From the NCBI GenBank assembly GCA_964016885.1, contig OZ024748.1, positions 45,384,001-45,448,000 on the forward strand: a DNA stretch of 64,000 nucleotides, written 5' to 3'. The position numbers and the translations under genes were made by a program. The stretch comes from Eledone cirrhosa (taxonomy: Eukaryota). Positions 20,966-34,046 of the stretch are shown one piece after another (position 1 is the stretch's first letter; each line of letters starts with the position of its first letter). The notes beneath the pieces were generated by a model. It ran no database searches and was not told where the DNA came from. It saw nothing but the letters and a program-made list of their open reading frames with translations.

Positions 20966-22843
20966 ATGTTAAACGCAGCGAACGAAAATAGTGGTGGGGG
21001 GACAGCGGTAAGAGTTGTAAGCTCGCACGCTTTAGTCCTCCCTTCCTTCCCAACTAACGTCATAGAGAAGGAAGGAAAAATGAAAATAAAAACGGACGAA
21101 TCTGCGGAGAAAAAATTAAATGACGAAAACAACGAAAAAAAAAAATTTGAAAAATTGCATGACAATACTAATAACACAAACAAAGACACAACAAACAAAA
21201 AAATAACAGTTGAAAATAACATCATATCAGAAAACAAAGCAGACGACAAGATTTCATTTGCACAGAAAACAAAGAAATCTTTGACTTATATAGCGGAAAA
21301 CATTTCAGATGTGGTACGAAGGATCACGGACGCAAAACAATACATAAGTGAAGGTGAGAATGGTATTTTATTGGTAAAAATGCCTCAAGAATTCACGAAA
21401 GACATTGAAAGCCGAACGGTCAAGTTTCGAACCATCAACAACAGTACAAAAAAACCTGAACAGCCTTCTCAAGCAGATATCAAAACAGTACTCGCAGAAG
21501 TACTGAATGAAACAACTTTCATAAGAAAAGACAGACTGTATGGAAGCCTAGCAATTATCATGAAGAACGAATCGGCGGCAAAAAAATGTGCTTTGTCACC
21601 GATTCGTTCGAAAAATTTCACCTTTTATCCATCTTATATGGGAAAAAAAACTCAACGCATATGGCTGGATGCAATGATGCCAGATGTGGACTACTGCTGG
21701 CTCATAGCTGGCTTCATCGATCCAGTGAATGACAACGTGATTTCCATTGGGAAAACCACAGGCAATGCGTTCAGTGGAACAGGTATAGAGCTGGTAGTGC
21801 AAATGAAGCCTGAACGCATCGCCCAAATACCCGACAGAATCCTATTAGAGGACCACGGGTATATAAACATTAGCGTGGAGGGGAGAAGGCCGTCCTGCCA
21901 TATCTGTGCAGGCAGAGGGCACCTGAAGGCCGCTTGTCCCCAACTCAACAAAAAGAAAACCCTGCTACCAACACCAGCTCCACCACCACCACCACAACAG
22001 ATAAACAAACAACAAAACTCAGTCCCACCCAACCCGTCCCTCAGTAACACCACAACACCACCACAACACAAACAGTCACAACACATTACCCCAAAACAAA
22101 ATACAGGCCCACCCAACCTCTCACTCAATAAAACAACACAACCACCGCAGACACAACACACAACACAGTCTAACATAGTGACATCCATCTCCCCCACAAA
22201 GAAAACCAACACGGAAACATTACCAGCAAACATACCTCTTCCCTCCAACACTGAAGATAACCCAACGAATTCGGAGGAAGAAACGGAGTCCTTCAGACAG
22301 ATTAAAAGGAAAAAAAGAAAACATGTGCAAAACACACAAGGACAAACAACCCCCACCCAAATCGCAACACAATCTAACAAAACAGAAAACACCCCTCCAG
22401 CAACAAACAAAACCAAACCTGCCCCTCCCCTCTTCGAAACACTCACACCATCGGAAAAAAAGACATTACACTATACTTACATCAACAGAAACAATAATAA
22501 ATTAAATGAACTCATATACAATAATCCTTCGGTACAAACCGAAGGTGTAAACTTTGTTTCATCAGAAAACCACCCACATTTAAAACTAATAAAAATCCCA
22601 ATGAACCTCTACCAAAAACTAAAAAAGGATTTTAAGGAGGACGTAGGACCACCCTCTGTCAAACCCATAAACCGCGTCCTACTAAAAAGCTTTCCCCCTC
22701 CCCTTCCCCTCCCCAACACAACTCCAAACACCCCAACCCCACCACACACCGACGACCCCACACCACCACAAGACACCCCTTCACCCAACACCCCCGACCC
22801 CATGGAAGTCGTGCAACCCGAACCCCGGGAAGCGGAAAGGTAG
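20966..22843 (+). CDS. LINE ORF1p with single CCHC zinc knuckle and Pro/Thr/Gln-rich C-terminus
   Basis: 625-aa open frame; CHICAGRGHLKAAC (CX2CX4HX4C). Confidence 0.9.
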   Translation: MLNAANENSGGGTAVRVVSSHALVLPSFPTNVIEKEGKMKIKTDESAEKKLNDENNEKKKFEKLHDNTNNTNKDTTNKKITVENNIISENKADDKISFAQKTKKSLTYIAENISDVVRRITDAKQYISEGENGILLVKMPQEFTKDIESRTVKFRTINNSTKKPEQPSQADIKTVLAEVLNETTFIRKDRLYGSLAIIMKNESAAKKCALSPIRSKNFTFYPSYMGKKTQRIWLDAMMPDVDYCWLIAGFIDPVNDNVISIGKTTGNAFSGTGIELVVQMKPERIAQIPDRILLEDHGYINISVEGRRPSCHICAGRGHLKAACPQLNKKKTLLPTPAPPPPPQQINKQQNSVPPNPSLSNTTTPPQHKQSQHITPKQNTGPPNLSLNKTTQPPQTQHTTQSNIVTSISPTKKTNTETLPANIPLPSNTEDNPTNSEEETESFRQIKRKKRKHVQNTQGQTTPTQIATQSNKTENTPPATNKTKPAPPLFETLTPSEKKTLHYTYINRNNNKLNELIYNNPSVQTEGVNFVSSENHPHLKLIKIPMNLYQKLKKDFKEDVGPPSVKPINRVLLKSFPPPLPLPNTTPNTPTPPHTDDPTPPQDTPSPNTPDPMEVVQPEPREAER

Positions 22844-22876
22844 GTCTCTACACTCTCCTTTGGCTCTGCCGCCCAC

Positions 22877-25800
22877 ATGGATGTGTTAAGAGTAGGATGT
22901 TTGAATGCACGTGGCCTGGGCTCAACTTGGAAGCAAGCAAAGCTTCTAAATGACCTCAGGTCATGTAGTATAAATGTAATGGTTATCTGTGAGACTCGAA
23001 TCAGCGTCATGCGGCAGCTGGCCCCCACCTTCGATGACTTTGAGGTGCATGCATCTCTCTGTCAACCTGGAGGTGGGGGTGGGGTTGTCGTGCTGCTGCA
23101 AAAACACCTGGGTCTTGCCGTACAGGTTGTGCACTCGGACCCGGAGGGTCGTTTGTTGGTGCTAGACGTTGGCAGTAGTGAAAGTGCGGCCTTGAGACTG
23201 GTCGCCGTCTACTCCCCTTTCGGAGCTGAACGGCCCGACTTCTTCCAGCGTTTGGAGACTTTTCTGGGAACGTCGCGTTCCCTGCTTCTAGCGGGGGATT
23301 GGAATGACATCCTAGATGCACGTTGGGACTATGCAGGAGCATGTCCTAATAGAGGGGGGTGTAACAGCCTCAAGGGGTTACTCGACCGTTTTAACTTGGT
23401 CGATAGATATCGACTAGATTTTCCAACTGTGCCTACCTGGACTTGGAGAAACCACAGTGGTCAATCTAGATCGTACTTAGATAGATTCTTAGTTAGAAGT
23501 AAGGATAGGGACATATTAAGCTGTCCAGAAATGCGCACGGTTGGCTACACGGATCACAAATTAGTGACCTGCGTGGTCAATCTCGAGAAAACACATAGAC
23601 AGGGTCCCGGTTACTGGAAACTTAATTTGTCTTTACCGGCAAAAGAGACTTACAGAAACCGGATTAGCAGATTAGTTAAGGAGAGGTTGACGGGTGCAAT
23701 CGTCAACAACCGATGGTGGGCATCTCTCAAAAGAGAGATTAGAACAGAATCAATAAGTTATAGCAAGATGTTAGCTGCCAATAGGAATAGAAACGAGAAA
23801 GAATTAACAGGTAAATTAGAAGAGGCAATCAAGAGCGAAGATGTGGCCAGAGTGCTGGCATCGAGGACGGCCTTGAACCAGTTTTTCGATGCAAAGCATG
23901 AAGGCTGCGTCATTCGAAGTAAAATACGTGCTCTAGGTAATGAGGGGGCCAAAGCCGTTGGATGGGCCCGCGTGACAGAAGCTAAAAGTGGAAATCGATC
24001 CACCATCCGGTCGTTGCAAGACGAAGATGGACGAGTGATCCAGGAGCCTAAGCAGATGTGCGAGGCCTTTCAAAAGCACTTTGCCCGATTGTTCGGGGGA
24101 GGCGAGGGTCCGGGCCGGGGCGTGGATTTCGGTCCATACCTCGACGGCCTGCCGCGTCTCTCGAACAAAGAGGCAGAGTCCTGCGAGGGACCAATCTCGG
24201 CTGATGAGATCGGAGATGCGCTGAGCCAATGCAGCAGACGCAAATCTCCAGGTCTCGATGGTATACCTTACGAACTTTATTTAGCAATGCCGGTCTTCTT
24301 CTCCGAACTCCTCGAAGCGGTCTACTGCAATTGGCAGCAGAACGGGAGAATTCCTTGTTCTGTAGCCAAGGGCGTAGTCACGCTGGTGAGGAAGGACGAG
24401 AACAAGGGGGATAGTATAAATAATTTTCGGCCCATAACCCTGCTAAACACAGAGTTAAATATTTTGGCCAAGGTGTTAGCAAAGAGGTTGGCGCTTGTCG
24501 TGGGTGGCCTGGTGGGAGATGCGCAGACATGTGCTATCCCATCCAGGTCCATTCACGATAACCTCCACCTCATGCGATACATCATAGAGAGGGTTGGCAA
24601 CAAACCCGGCTTCGGTGGGGCCCTGATCAACTTGGATCAGTCTAAGGCCTTCGATAGGGTCGACCATGGTTACCTGGATGCGGTGCTAGCGGCGGCTGGG
24701 TTCGGTCCTGTTTTCAGAGGCTGGATCACTGCCCTACATAGCAACCACATCTGTTCTAGGATCAAGGTGAACGGCTACCTTTCGAAGCCGTTCGAAATCA
24801 CACGATCCATTCGACAGGGGTGCCCTCTCTCCTCCCTTCTGTACGTATTGACTCTCGAGCCTTTACTGAGGAAGTTGGAGTTGTTGCAGGGTATCCCCCT
24901 GGAACCAGGATTGAGCAAAGCGGTGTCGGCCTACGCCGATGACGTAACAGTAATGGTATCAACCGACTCGGAGATCGAGGCGATCGGTACCTTACTGGAG
25001 GAGTACGAAAGGTTGTCAGGAGCGAAACTGAACCGGGAAAAATCCATCGGGCTGCAACTCGGAACGTGGAGAGGCAAACCGATGCCTCCTGACGGTGTCG
25101 TCGGACACTGGACGGAGGGCCCGGTAAAGTTGCTTGGGGTCTGGTTTGGACCGGACCTCCAGGTGGAAAAGAACTGGAACGAGGTTACGAACAAGGTGTT
25201 TGCACTAACCCAGAAATGGGCCAAGTGTAAGCTGTCCCTAAAAGGCCGGGCGGAGGTGGCGAACATTTACATAGCGTCCGTCATTTACTACCGCCTGACT
25301 GTCGTGCCTTGCCCTAAGGAAACACTCACCACCATGGAACGCATGCTCTTCCAATTTCTTTGGAAGAAGCGTCCTCCTATGGTGAGAAGATCCATCTGCT
25401 GCCAACAACCTTCGAAAGGAGGGCTGGGGATGCCGTGGTTGATGATGCGTAGGCACGCATTAAGGCTACGGCACCTACAGGTATTCCTCACTGGTCAACC
25501 GGTGTGGGCTCCGTTCGTGAAACGAGCCTTTCCGAGACTCGTCTCACTCACCGAGCTACAGTCCTGGGTCAAGCAAAGATCCGGAAAACTGGGAGACTGG
25601 CACACTGAGTGTGCTCAGGCGCTCAGGGCTCTCTGGCAAGCGGGCCGGGCCATCGGTGGAGAATCCACCTCATCATTCTATAGAGGGCTGGTGGCTAGCA
25701 GGGGCGATGACACCCTTGGAGAGTCGCTGGACATGGAAGAAGACGAACTGGCCAGCCTGTTCGGTAGGACTTTCGGCCCAGGACCAATGGACAACTTCCA

Positions 25801-26314
25801 GAAGTCACTGGCCTGGCAGTGCTACCGAGGGGCTCTACCCGTTCGAGAGAGGCTCTACAGACACGGGCGCCCGGGCAGGGATCCCTCAAAAAAGATTTGC
25901 CCTAGATGCGTACGTCACGAAGAAACCGTGGCGCACGCATTGGTGCAATGTCCTGGCATGGCTGATCTGTGGAGCTACGCCGAACAACTGCTGTCGCGGG
26001 TGGCGCCGATTAAATTGACCGCCGAGTCCGTGATGACAATCAAACCGCCTCCCCTCTTCACAAAGGAAGCAAAGGCGGTTTTTCTGTGCGTAATAGCCAT
26101 GTTGAAAGAGGTTGTTTGGTGGACACGATTGAAAGGTCTGAGGTCAGGCAACTTCCTCTCTGGCCATAGTCTGGTCTACTTCTTCCGATATCACTTCGGA
26201 AGAAGGATAAGAATGGAGAGAGAGGTGCTTGGCCACAGGCAGTTTTATGAAAGGTGGGTGATAGTGGCGAGAATGGCTCGTGTAAATGGGCCTTCTCTGT
26301 ATACCATCCTGTAG
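22877..26314 (+). CDS. LINE ORF2p: APE endonuclease, reverse transcriptase, C-terminal zinc finger
   Basis: 1145 aa uninterrupted. APE motifs LNARGL, ETR, VYSP, GDWN, SYLDRF, TDH; RT motifs KSPGLDG, FRPITLLN, DQSKAFDRV, QGCPLS, YADD, LLGV; CPRC..EETVAHALVQC. Confidence 0.97.
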   Translation: MDVLRVGCLNARGLGSTWKQAKLLNDLRSCSINVMVICETRISVMRQLAPTFDDFEVHASLCQPGGGGGVVVLLQKHLGLAVQVVHSDPEGRLLVLDVGSSESAALRLVAVYSPFGAERPDFFQRLETFLGTSRSLLLAGDWNDILDARWDYAGACPNRGGCNSLKGLLDRFNLVDRYRLDFPTVPTWTWRNHSGQSRSYLDRFLVRSKDRDILSCPEMRTVGYTDHKLVTCVVNLEKTHRQGPGYWKLNLSLPAKETYRNRISRLVKERLTGAIVNNRWWASLKREIRTESISYSKMLAANRNRNEKELTGKLEEAIKSEDVARVLASRTALNQFFDAKHEGCVIRSKIRALGNEGAKAVGWARVTEAKSGNRSTIRSLQDEDGRVIQEPKQMCEAFQKHFARLFGGGEGPGRGVDFGPYLDGLPRLSNKEAESCEGPISADEIGDALSQCSRRKSPGLDGIPYELYLAMPVFFSELLEAVYCNWQQNGRIPCSVAKGVVTLVRKDENKGDSINNFRPITLLNTELNILAKVLAKRLALVVGGLVGDAQTCAIPSRSIHDNLHLMRYIIERVGNKPGFGGALINLDQSKAFDRVDHGYLDAVLAAAGFGPVFRGWITALHSNHICSRIKVNGYLSKPFEITRSIRQGCPLSSLLYVLTLEPLLRKLELLQGIPLEPGLSKAVSAYADDVTVMVSTDSEIEAIGTLLEEYERLSGAKLNREKSIGLQLGTWRGKPMPPDGVVGHWTEGPVKLLGVWFGPDLQVEKNWNEVTNKVFALTQKWAKCKLSLKGRAEVANIYIASVIYYRLTVVPCPKETLTTMERMLFQFLWKKRPPMVRRSICCQQPSKGGLGMPWLMMRRHALRLRHLQVFLTGQPVWAPFVKRAFPRLVSLTELQSWVKQRSGKLGDWHTECAQALRALWQAGRAIGGESTSSFYRGLVASRGDDTLGESLDMEEDELASLFGRTFGPGPMDNFQKSLAWQCYRGALPVRERLYRHGRPGRDPSKKICPRCVRHEETVAHALVQCPGMADLWSYAEQLLSRVAPIKLTAESVMTIKPPPLFTKEAKAVFLCVIAMLKEVVWWTRLKGLRSGNFLSGHSLVYFFRYHFGRRIRMEREVLGHRQFYERWVIVARMARVNGPSLYTIL

Positions 26315-26570
26315 GTAAAGAAGTAAAGGAGAGGGGAGCACCTTCTCCATGTGCTCCCCGGGAAAAGGATTGCACACTTTTTCGGGGGTGTGTGCAACCC
26401 CCATCACGTCCCCTCCCTTTTGAGGTTATTTTCGATTATTTTCATGTTACACCCTTTTTACTCGATTATATGTAAACTCCCCCTTTGTATTTGTCCCTTC
26501 TTTTTATGCCTTTATGGTAAATAAAGAAATCTATCTATCTATCTATCTAACTATCTATCTATCTATCTAT

Positions 26571-26672
26571 GGGCCTTCTCTGTATATAAGCCTGTAGGTT
26601 GAGGAAGATAAACAGAGGGAAGATGGGAATACCTACAAAGCGTGTTCCTGGTGTTGAGGGTTGTTCTATCCA
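26571..26672 (+). mobile_element. Short Tx1-family fragment in the (TCTA)n tail
   Basis: GGGCCTTCTCTGTATATAAGCCTGTAGG...GAGGGTTGTTCTATC matches 37598-37692. Confidence 0.8.
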
Positions 26673-26675
26673 TTC

Positions 26676-26734
<59 letters not shown>

Positions 26735-26747
26735 ATATATCTATATA

Positions 26748-26829
<82 letters not shown>

Positions 26830-26830
<1 letters not shown>

Positions 26831-27518
26831 ATAATTTAAATTAAATTAAGGGTGTCATGTCAAAGAGACATGCGCCATATCCACTGTAAAATATGCTCCA
26901 AGATTCCAATGAATAGATTCGAGCATTTTATATCAACTAGACATTGACACATATATATTGACACAAATATCAACTGGAAATTGACACATTATGGATATAT
27001 ATAAATACGGCCCCTTAATTGTAGAGCTAACTCAGTTGAAAGGACTTGACTGCTATTTCTAGTTGTCGATAACCCTATTCACGCCACTGGGACGAAGCTG
27101 GCGCGATGAGTGTATTTGTATTAAATGCAACACGTGCTAATAGTTAGTCACAGATTTGAATTTGATGTGTAAACACAGATAGTTAAGTCTTCTTCCTTGT
27201 TGAAAATCCAGGATTTGGCTACTGTCGTTTACCAATTGATTAATTGGTGAAATATATTTCTTTAATGAAATATATACAAGGAAGATTAATCAATTTATAA
27301 GGTGTCTATTTTTAAAGTTCTAGTTAAACTTTAATTAGTTACCCACATATTATCCCCTGTGATTGGTTCATGTGTTTATTTTAGATATATATATGTGTCA
27401 ATCAATTTCTAGTTGATATAAAATGCTCGGATCTATTCTTTGGAATCTTGGAGCATATTTTACAGTGGATATGGCGCATCTCTCTCTGACATGACACCCT
27501 TAATTTAATTTAAATTAT
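26830..27518. mobile_element. Fold-back/MITE-like element with ~125-bp terminal inverted repeats in (TA)n
   Basis: CATAATTTAAATTAAATTAAGGGTGTCATGTCA... mirrored at ~27388-27518; no ORF. Confidence 0.8.
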
Positions 27519-27779
27519 GTATATATATATATATATATATAAATGAAAAGTATAGAAATTATATATATACATATATATATATATATATAGAGAGAGAAAG
27601 GGAGTTGGGGAACCTAATAACACTTTCTGTTCTTTCATCTCTGGCTTACTCTCTCTCTCCCACACTCTCTCTCTCTAATATATAGATATAGATATATAAA
27701 GATATGTGTGTGTAGCTTATTTTTTCTAAAACGATTCTTGATAGCGTCCATTAACATACACACACTAATCCATATACAT

Positions 27780-28227
<448 letters not shown>

Positions 28228-28253
28228 ATATATATACATATATATATATATAT

Positions 28254-28833
28254 AATATTAAGGATACTATTTATGGTTATGTATATTTTAAACCTTTTAT
28301 CGTTATGAATATTTTAAACCCTAAACAGTGAAGATCAGTAATTTATTACTACCTTATTACCAGTAAGACAAATAGCTCAATGTGATAACATCAGTTGTTC
28401 TACAGAGCAGTTATATACAATTCATGAGACACATGAATAAATGAGACACACTTGCATGCTCCATGAGACACATAGAATAATGAGACACACTTGCATGCCC
28501 CATGTGTAACTAACGCATACACTACCTACTAGATCTGACTATCAAACTATCCTCTTGCATTATCTGTGTTATCTGCCGAATGTATTTTAATTTTGATTTT
28601 GATTTTGATTTTGATTTTGATTTTGAATTTGAATTGCTGTACAAAGATAGTATAGCATAATATATGTCACTCCACTGTACATCAATATATATATATGTAT
28701 CTGTATGTCTCTTGCGTTGGATAGGAGGTCAATCATATGTACAAACATTGTAAAATGCTCCGAAGACTCCAAGCCTAGGTTTGGATGAAACAATTGTAAG
28801 TGAATAAATGCTTTGAACATAGCTTTGATTCTT

Positions 28834-28840
<7 letters not shown>
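28254..28840 (-). mobile_element. Family C element (tail left, HHR-bearing inverted arm right)
   Basis: Reverse-complement homologue of 13123-13540; spacer contains short tandem duplications and (ATTTTG)n. Confidence 0.75.
28757..28801 (+). ncRNA. Hammerhead variant with CCGAAGA core (family C)
   Basis: GCT-CCGAAGA-cTCCAAGC ctag GTTTGGAt-GAA-ACAATTGT-A-AGT; same motif at 30600-30644 (-). Confidence 0.65.
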
Positions 28841-28915
<75 letters not shown>

Positions 28916-29334
28916 TATATATATATATGTATATATATGCAAACGTAAGTGTGGATATGTGTATACATACTTTCATACGTACACACATATAAACATACGA
29001 ACATTTATATATATGCCTATATGGATATATTTATATATGTATATATGTATCTCTCACTCTCTGCCTGTCAATGTGCCTGTCTCTCTCTATCTCTCTCTGT
29101 CTCTCTCACCCTCTGTCTATATATGTATATATATATGTATATATGTATTTGTGTATGTTTGCGTGTTTGTGTCTATGTATGATGAATATACATACATACT
29201 GTCATAAGTACCCTCACATAGACACAAGCGTTGATATATATGTATATATGTAGCTTTGTCTGTCACTGTCAATCTGGCTGTCTCTTTCCCTTAGTCTCTC
29301 TCCCGCCCTCTCTCTCTCATTCTATATATATATA

Positions 29335-29374
<40 letters not shown>

Positions 29375-29505
29375 TATATATCTACACATACATATATGTA
29401 AATATATATGCACACACATACACATATATATATATATACAAATATATATGTATAAATGTATAAATATATAAATATATATATATATATATATACATATATA
29501 TATAC

Positions 29506-29608
<103 letters not shown>

Positions 29609-30287
29609 CGTGTGAGTATGTATATGAGTCTGTGTATGCGTTTGTCGTGTGTCTATGTGTACGTATGACACGAACATAAATGAATGAAGGAAAATAACAC
29701 AAACAATGAAGAGACAAAAAAGACAACAACAGTGGGAGCATAACAAAACAAAACAAAAAAAACATTAACACACGAGTTTCTGTGATAATTCAAATGTTGA
29801 AAATCTATAGTAGCTATCAAGATTTATGATAAGAACAGTTTTTATTGTTATTTACCAAATAAATCAACTGAAATACTTGCAATAGTATATGATATATATA
29901 CTTTCTATACATCAGATCTAGATTGGGTTTTTCAACAAGATATATAAAAACAATTATGGAAACAATAGTAACATTAGCAACAACAATAGCAACAGAAACA
30001 ACAACAATAAAGACAGTAAGAAGAACAACAGTAACAATATCAACAATATTAGCAAACAATATATTGATAATGTTTGTTAATATATATTCATGAAAGGAAT
30101 GTGTTAGACAATAGTAGGAGAAATAGGAAGAAACGGGAGGGAAATTTATCAAATATTAAATCTGTTTATATATTTTTTATGTATGTATGTATGTGTGTAT
30201 GTATATATATGTATGTATGTATGTATGTGTGTGTGTTTGTATGTATGTATATATATATATATGTATATATATATAGATGTATATATA

Positions 30288-30375
<88 letters not shown>

Positions 30376-30523
30376 TATATACTTACACACATATATACAT
30401 ACATACATATACATATATATATATATACACATATACATATATACACAGATATATATATACATATACATATACATATATATATCTTCTTATGTAAACTTGT
30501 GTTGCATAATATCTCTCTCTCTT

Positions 30524-30971
<448 letters not shown>

Positions 30972-31185
30972 TGTGTGTGTATACATATATAAATGTGTTT
31001 GTAGGTGTCTTACTTCTCATAATTTTAGTCTCGAATGAGATTTTGATTCAGCTTCTCACTGAAACTACCTGTATGGTTTGATCTGTGTAGCACTCGTCTT
31101 GTTTCTGATGACACCGGTCTACAAATCAGCCTGAGGAACGTCCATCTCTGATCTTCGGCTATCAGGTCTCATGAGTCTCATCAGT

Positions 31186-31641
31186 CTAAATATGGAAGCA
31201 TATAAATATGGAACTCTATACATATGGAAGCCTCTAAATATATAGTCCTATGAATATGGAAGCCTATAAACATGGAAACCTATACATATAGAAGCCGATA
31301 AATATGGACGCCTATAAATATATAAGCCTCTAAATAATGAAGCCCATAAATATGGAAGCCTATAAATATGGAAGCCTATAAATATGGAAGCCTATAAATA
31401 TATAAGCCTCTACATATTGATGCCGATAAATATGGAAGCCCATAAATATGGAAGCCTATAAATATGGAAGCCTGTAAATATGTAGGCCTATAAATATGGA
31501 AGCCTGTAAATATGGAAGCCTATTAATATTGAAGCCTATTAATATGGAAGCTTGCAAATATGGAGGCCTATAAATATTGAAGCCTATAAATATGGAAGCC
31601 TGTAATTATGGAAGCCTGTAAATATGGAAGCTATAAATATG
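31186..31641. repeat. 16-bp minisatellite TATAAATATGGAAGCC, ~28 units
   Basis: Directly visible tandem array with point variants. Confidence 0.92.
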
Positions 31642-31870
31642 GTTAACTATACTTCTCTGGTGAGTGCTGGAATTTAACATCCTCTGTTCCACCGTTGACA
31701 TGTATGTATGTATGTATGTATGTATGTATGTATGTATGTATGTATGTATGTATGTATGTATGTATGTATGTATGTATGTGTGTGTGTATGTATGTGTGTA
31801 TGTATGTACGTATCTATGTATGTATGTGTGTATATATGTATGTGTGTATGTATGTGTATGCATGTATGTG

Positions 31871-33808
31871 TTTATGTTATTCTTGTTTTATAATTTCACA
31901 AAGTTTTACCAATAGAGAGAGAGTCGGTTTCTAACATAGACACAAGACTCTCTCATTGGAATTGACACAGCATCAACTAGGTAGATATATATGTATGCAT
32001 GTGTAGATATGGATGTTATTGTATGTGTGGATGTGGATGTTTTAAGTTGTATGTGTGCATGTGTATATGCTTTGTATCTGTACATGTGTATATGCAGTTA
32101 TTAGATGCAAAATTTTTGGAATGTTTTACATATTATTACTGTTCCATTAATGGATTGTACTTGTAATTTCCTAACTAGTTGTGTTCTTTCTGTTCCTGTG
32201 AAGCCTAGCTTCTCAAGATTTGTATGGAGGCAGTTACTAACATATCCCAGTGCCCCAATAATCACAGGCATAAATCTGAAGGTGTAATCAGGGTGGAGTT
32301 TCTGCAGATTTCTCATCAGTTCTGCATAAATATTCTCCTTTTCACTAATGTTTGATATTATATTGGCATCTGCTCGGCAGCTAATTTCCACTACTGTGCA
32401 TGTTTTGTGCTCCCTGTTCCATATCATATATCTGATCTGTTAGGCCTTCATTTTATTGGGGTTTTTATTGGAACATTCCACCAGTACTCTTTCATATTAT
32501 GTATGTGTATATTTTCCACTTTGCTGTAACTTATAATGTGATTATTGTCGGGGCTATCTTTTCTATGGATTGCATTGTACAGTGTTTTGGCCACTACACC
32601 ATGCCTCATAGGTAGATAGTACCGCGATGACATCTTTGGACAGCTGCTGATGACATGGGTGATATCCTCGATGTTAGTTCTGCAGAGCCTGCACTTGTTA
32701 TCACATCTAGGTGTTTTGCCTGCATCCCTATCTCTTTTGTGAATCAGGTATTTCGTGCTAATCTCCTGTTCCTGGATTGCAAAAGCGAATCCTTCAAAGT
32801 GGGAGCCACTATAGCGGTTGTTGGTCCAAGATAGACTACTTTCCTTATCTATATTACTCTCACTCTGGAGCTTCCTGGCAACATATCCATGTATGATTTT
32901 TTGCTGATAGGCATGCAGTTTTTCATCCATGGATTCACTGCGATACTGCTGAGCGACATCCCTGGGTGTGAGTTTTTGATTATCACACAGGGAATATCTC
33001 TCAAGGAGTTCCTTCCCAACTCTCATGATCTTATCTGTTTCATGCAGATAGACTTGCTCGAGAAACGGGCTCCTATGCTTCGAGGTTCGTAGATGTTGTC
33101 GGAGAGATAGGATGCGACATTCAAATGTTGTCTGGACTGATGTTAGGCCTCTGCCTCCCTGCTTACGTTAAGTAAAGGCGGTCTATGTCACTGTTGATGT
33201 GGAAGTTTCCGGTGTTGTTCAGTATTTTTCGAGTTCCAACACCAACTGCTCGGATTTCGTCTATCATCCAATTGAGTATTCCAAACGTTGGTGTTAGGAC
33301 AGACACAGCAAACATATTGTGAGCCACTATTTTGTTTTGCGCAGACAGTTCCGATGACCAGATCTTTCTTAATCGGGTGTAGTATTCCCTGGTTACGCGT
33401 TCTTTATTACAGATACCATTATAGGATATGTTCTCATCTATCCCCAGGTATCTGTAGCAGTCCTCATCATATATCGGTGGAACAGTTAGGCCATTGATAA
33501 CAATGTTGCTAGATTGGGTTGTTGTTTTTCCCCGCTTTACAGTCATGTATGAGCATTTATCTTGGCCAAACTCCATTCCTATATCCTTTGAGAACGTTGT
33601 AACCAGGTCAAGATTTGTCTTCATCCCATCCATGTTCTTGGCATTGAGTTTCAGATCCTGTGAGCCAATGATGTATCCCTCACATTTCTTGAGCAGAAAG
33701 GACAAGGGGTTTAATGACAAGATGAATAATATCACAGAGAGACTGTGCCCATAAAATATACTCCTGCAATATTTTATTTTATCAGTCAAAATAGAGTCCT
33801 CCCTCTCT
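31871..33808 (-). mobile_element. Degenerate R4/Dong-like RLE LINE (5'-truncated) between (CATA)n arrays
   Basis: Broken frames: partial RT (LSVILFILSLNPLS, YRYLG, DIDRLY), CCHC CRLCRTNIEDITHVISSC, RLE VVEISC..KENIY..PVIIGALG; 3'UTR then (CATA)n. Confidence 0.9.
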
Positions 33809-34046
33809 GTGGATGTATGTGTGTATGTATGTTTGTATCTATGTATGTGTGTATGTATGAATGTGTGTATGTATGTATGTATGTGTGTATGTATGTATGT
33901 ATGTATGTATGTATGTATGTATGTATGTATGTATGTATGTATGTATGTATGTATGTGTGCATGTATGTATGTATGTATGTATGTATGTATGTATGTATGT
34001 ATGTATGTGTGTACGTATGTAAGTATGTATGTATGTATGTATGTAT

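Larger units (their letters stand above)
20731..26570 (+). mobile_element. Full-length L1-group (Tx1-like) non-LTR retrotransposon in (TCTA)n
   Basis: 235-nt 5'UTR, ORF1, 33-nt spacer, ORF2, 3'UTR, AATAAAGAAA then (TCTA)n; (TCTA)n also at the 5' junction. Confidence 0.95.

Noticed and set aside
21691-22446. 251-aa antisense ORF within ORF1
   Set aside because: Shadow frame of C/A-rich low-complexity coding sequence.
29817-30152. Membrane-protein-like ORF
   Set aside because: Degenerate (AAC/AAT)n read on the minus strand.
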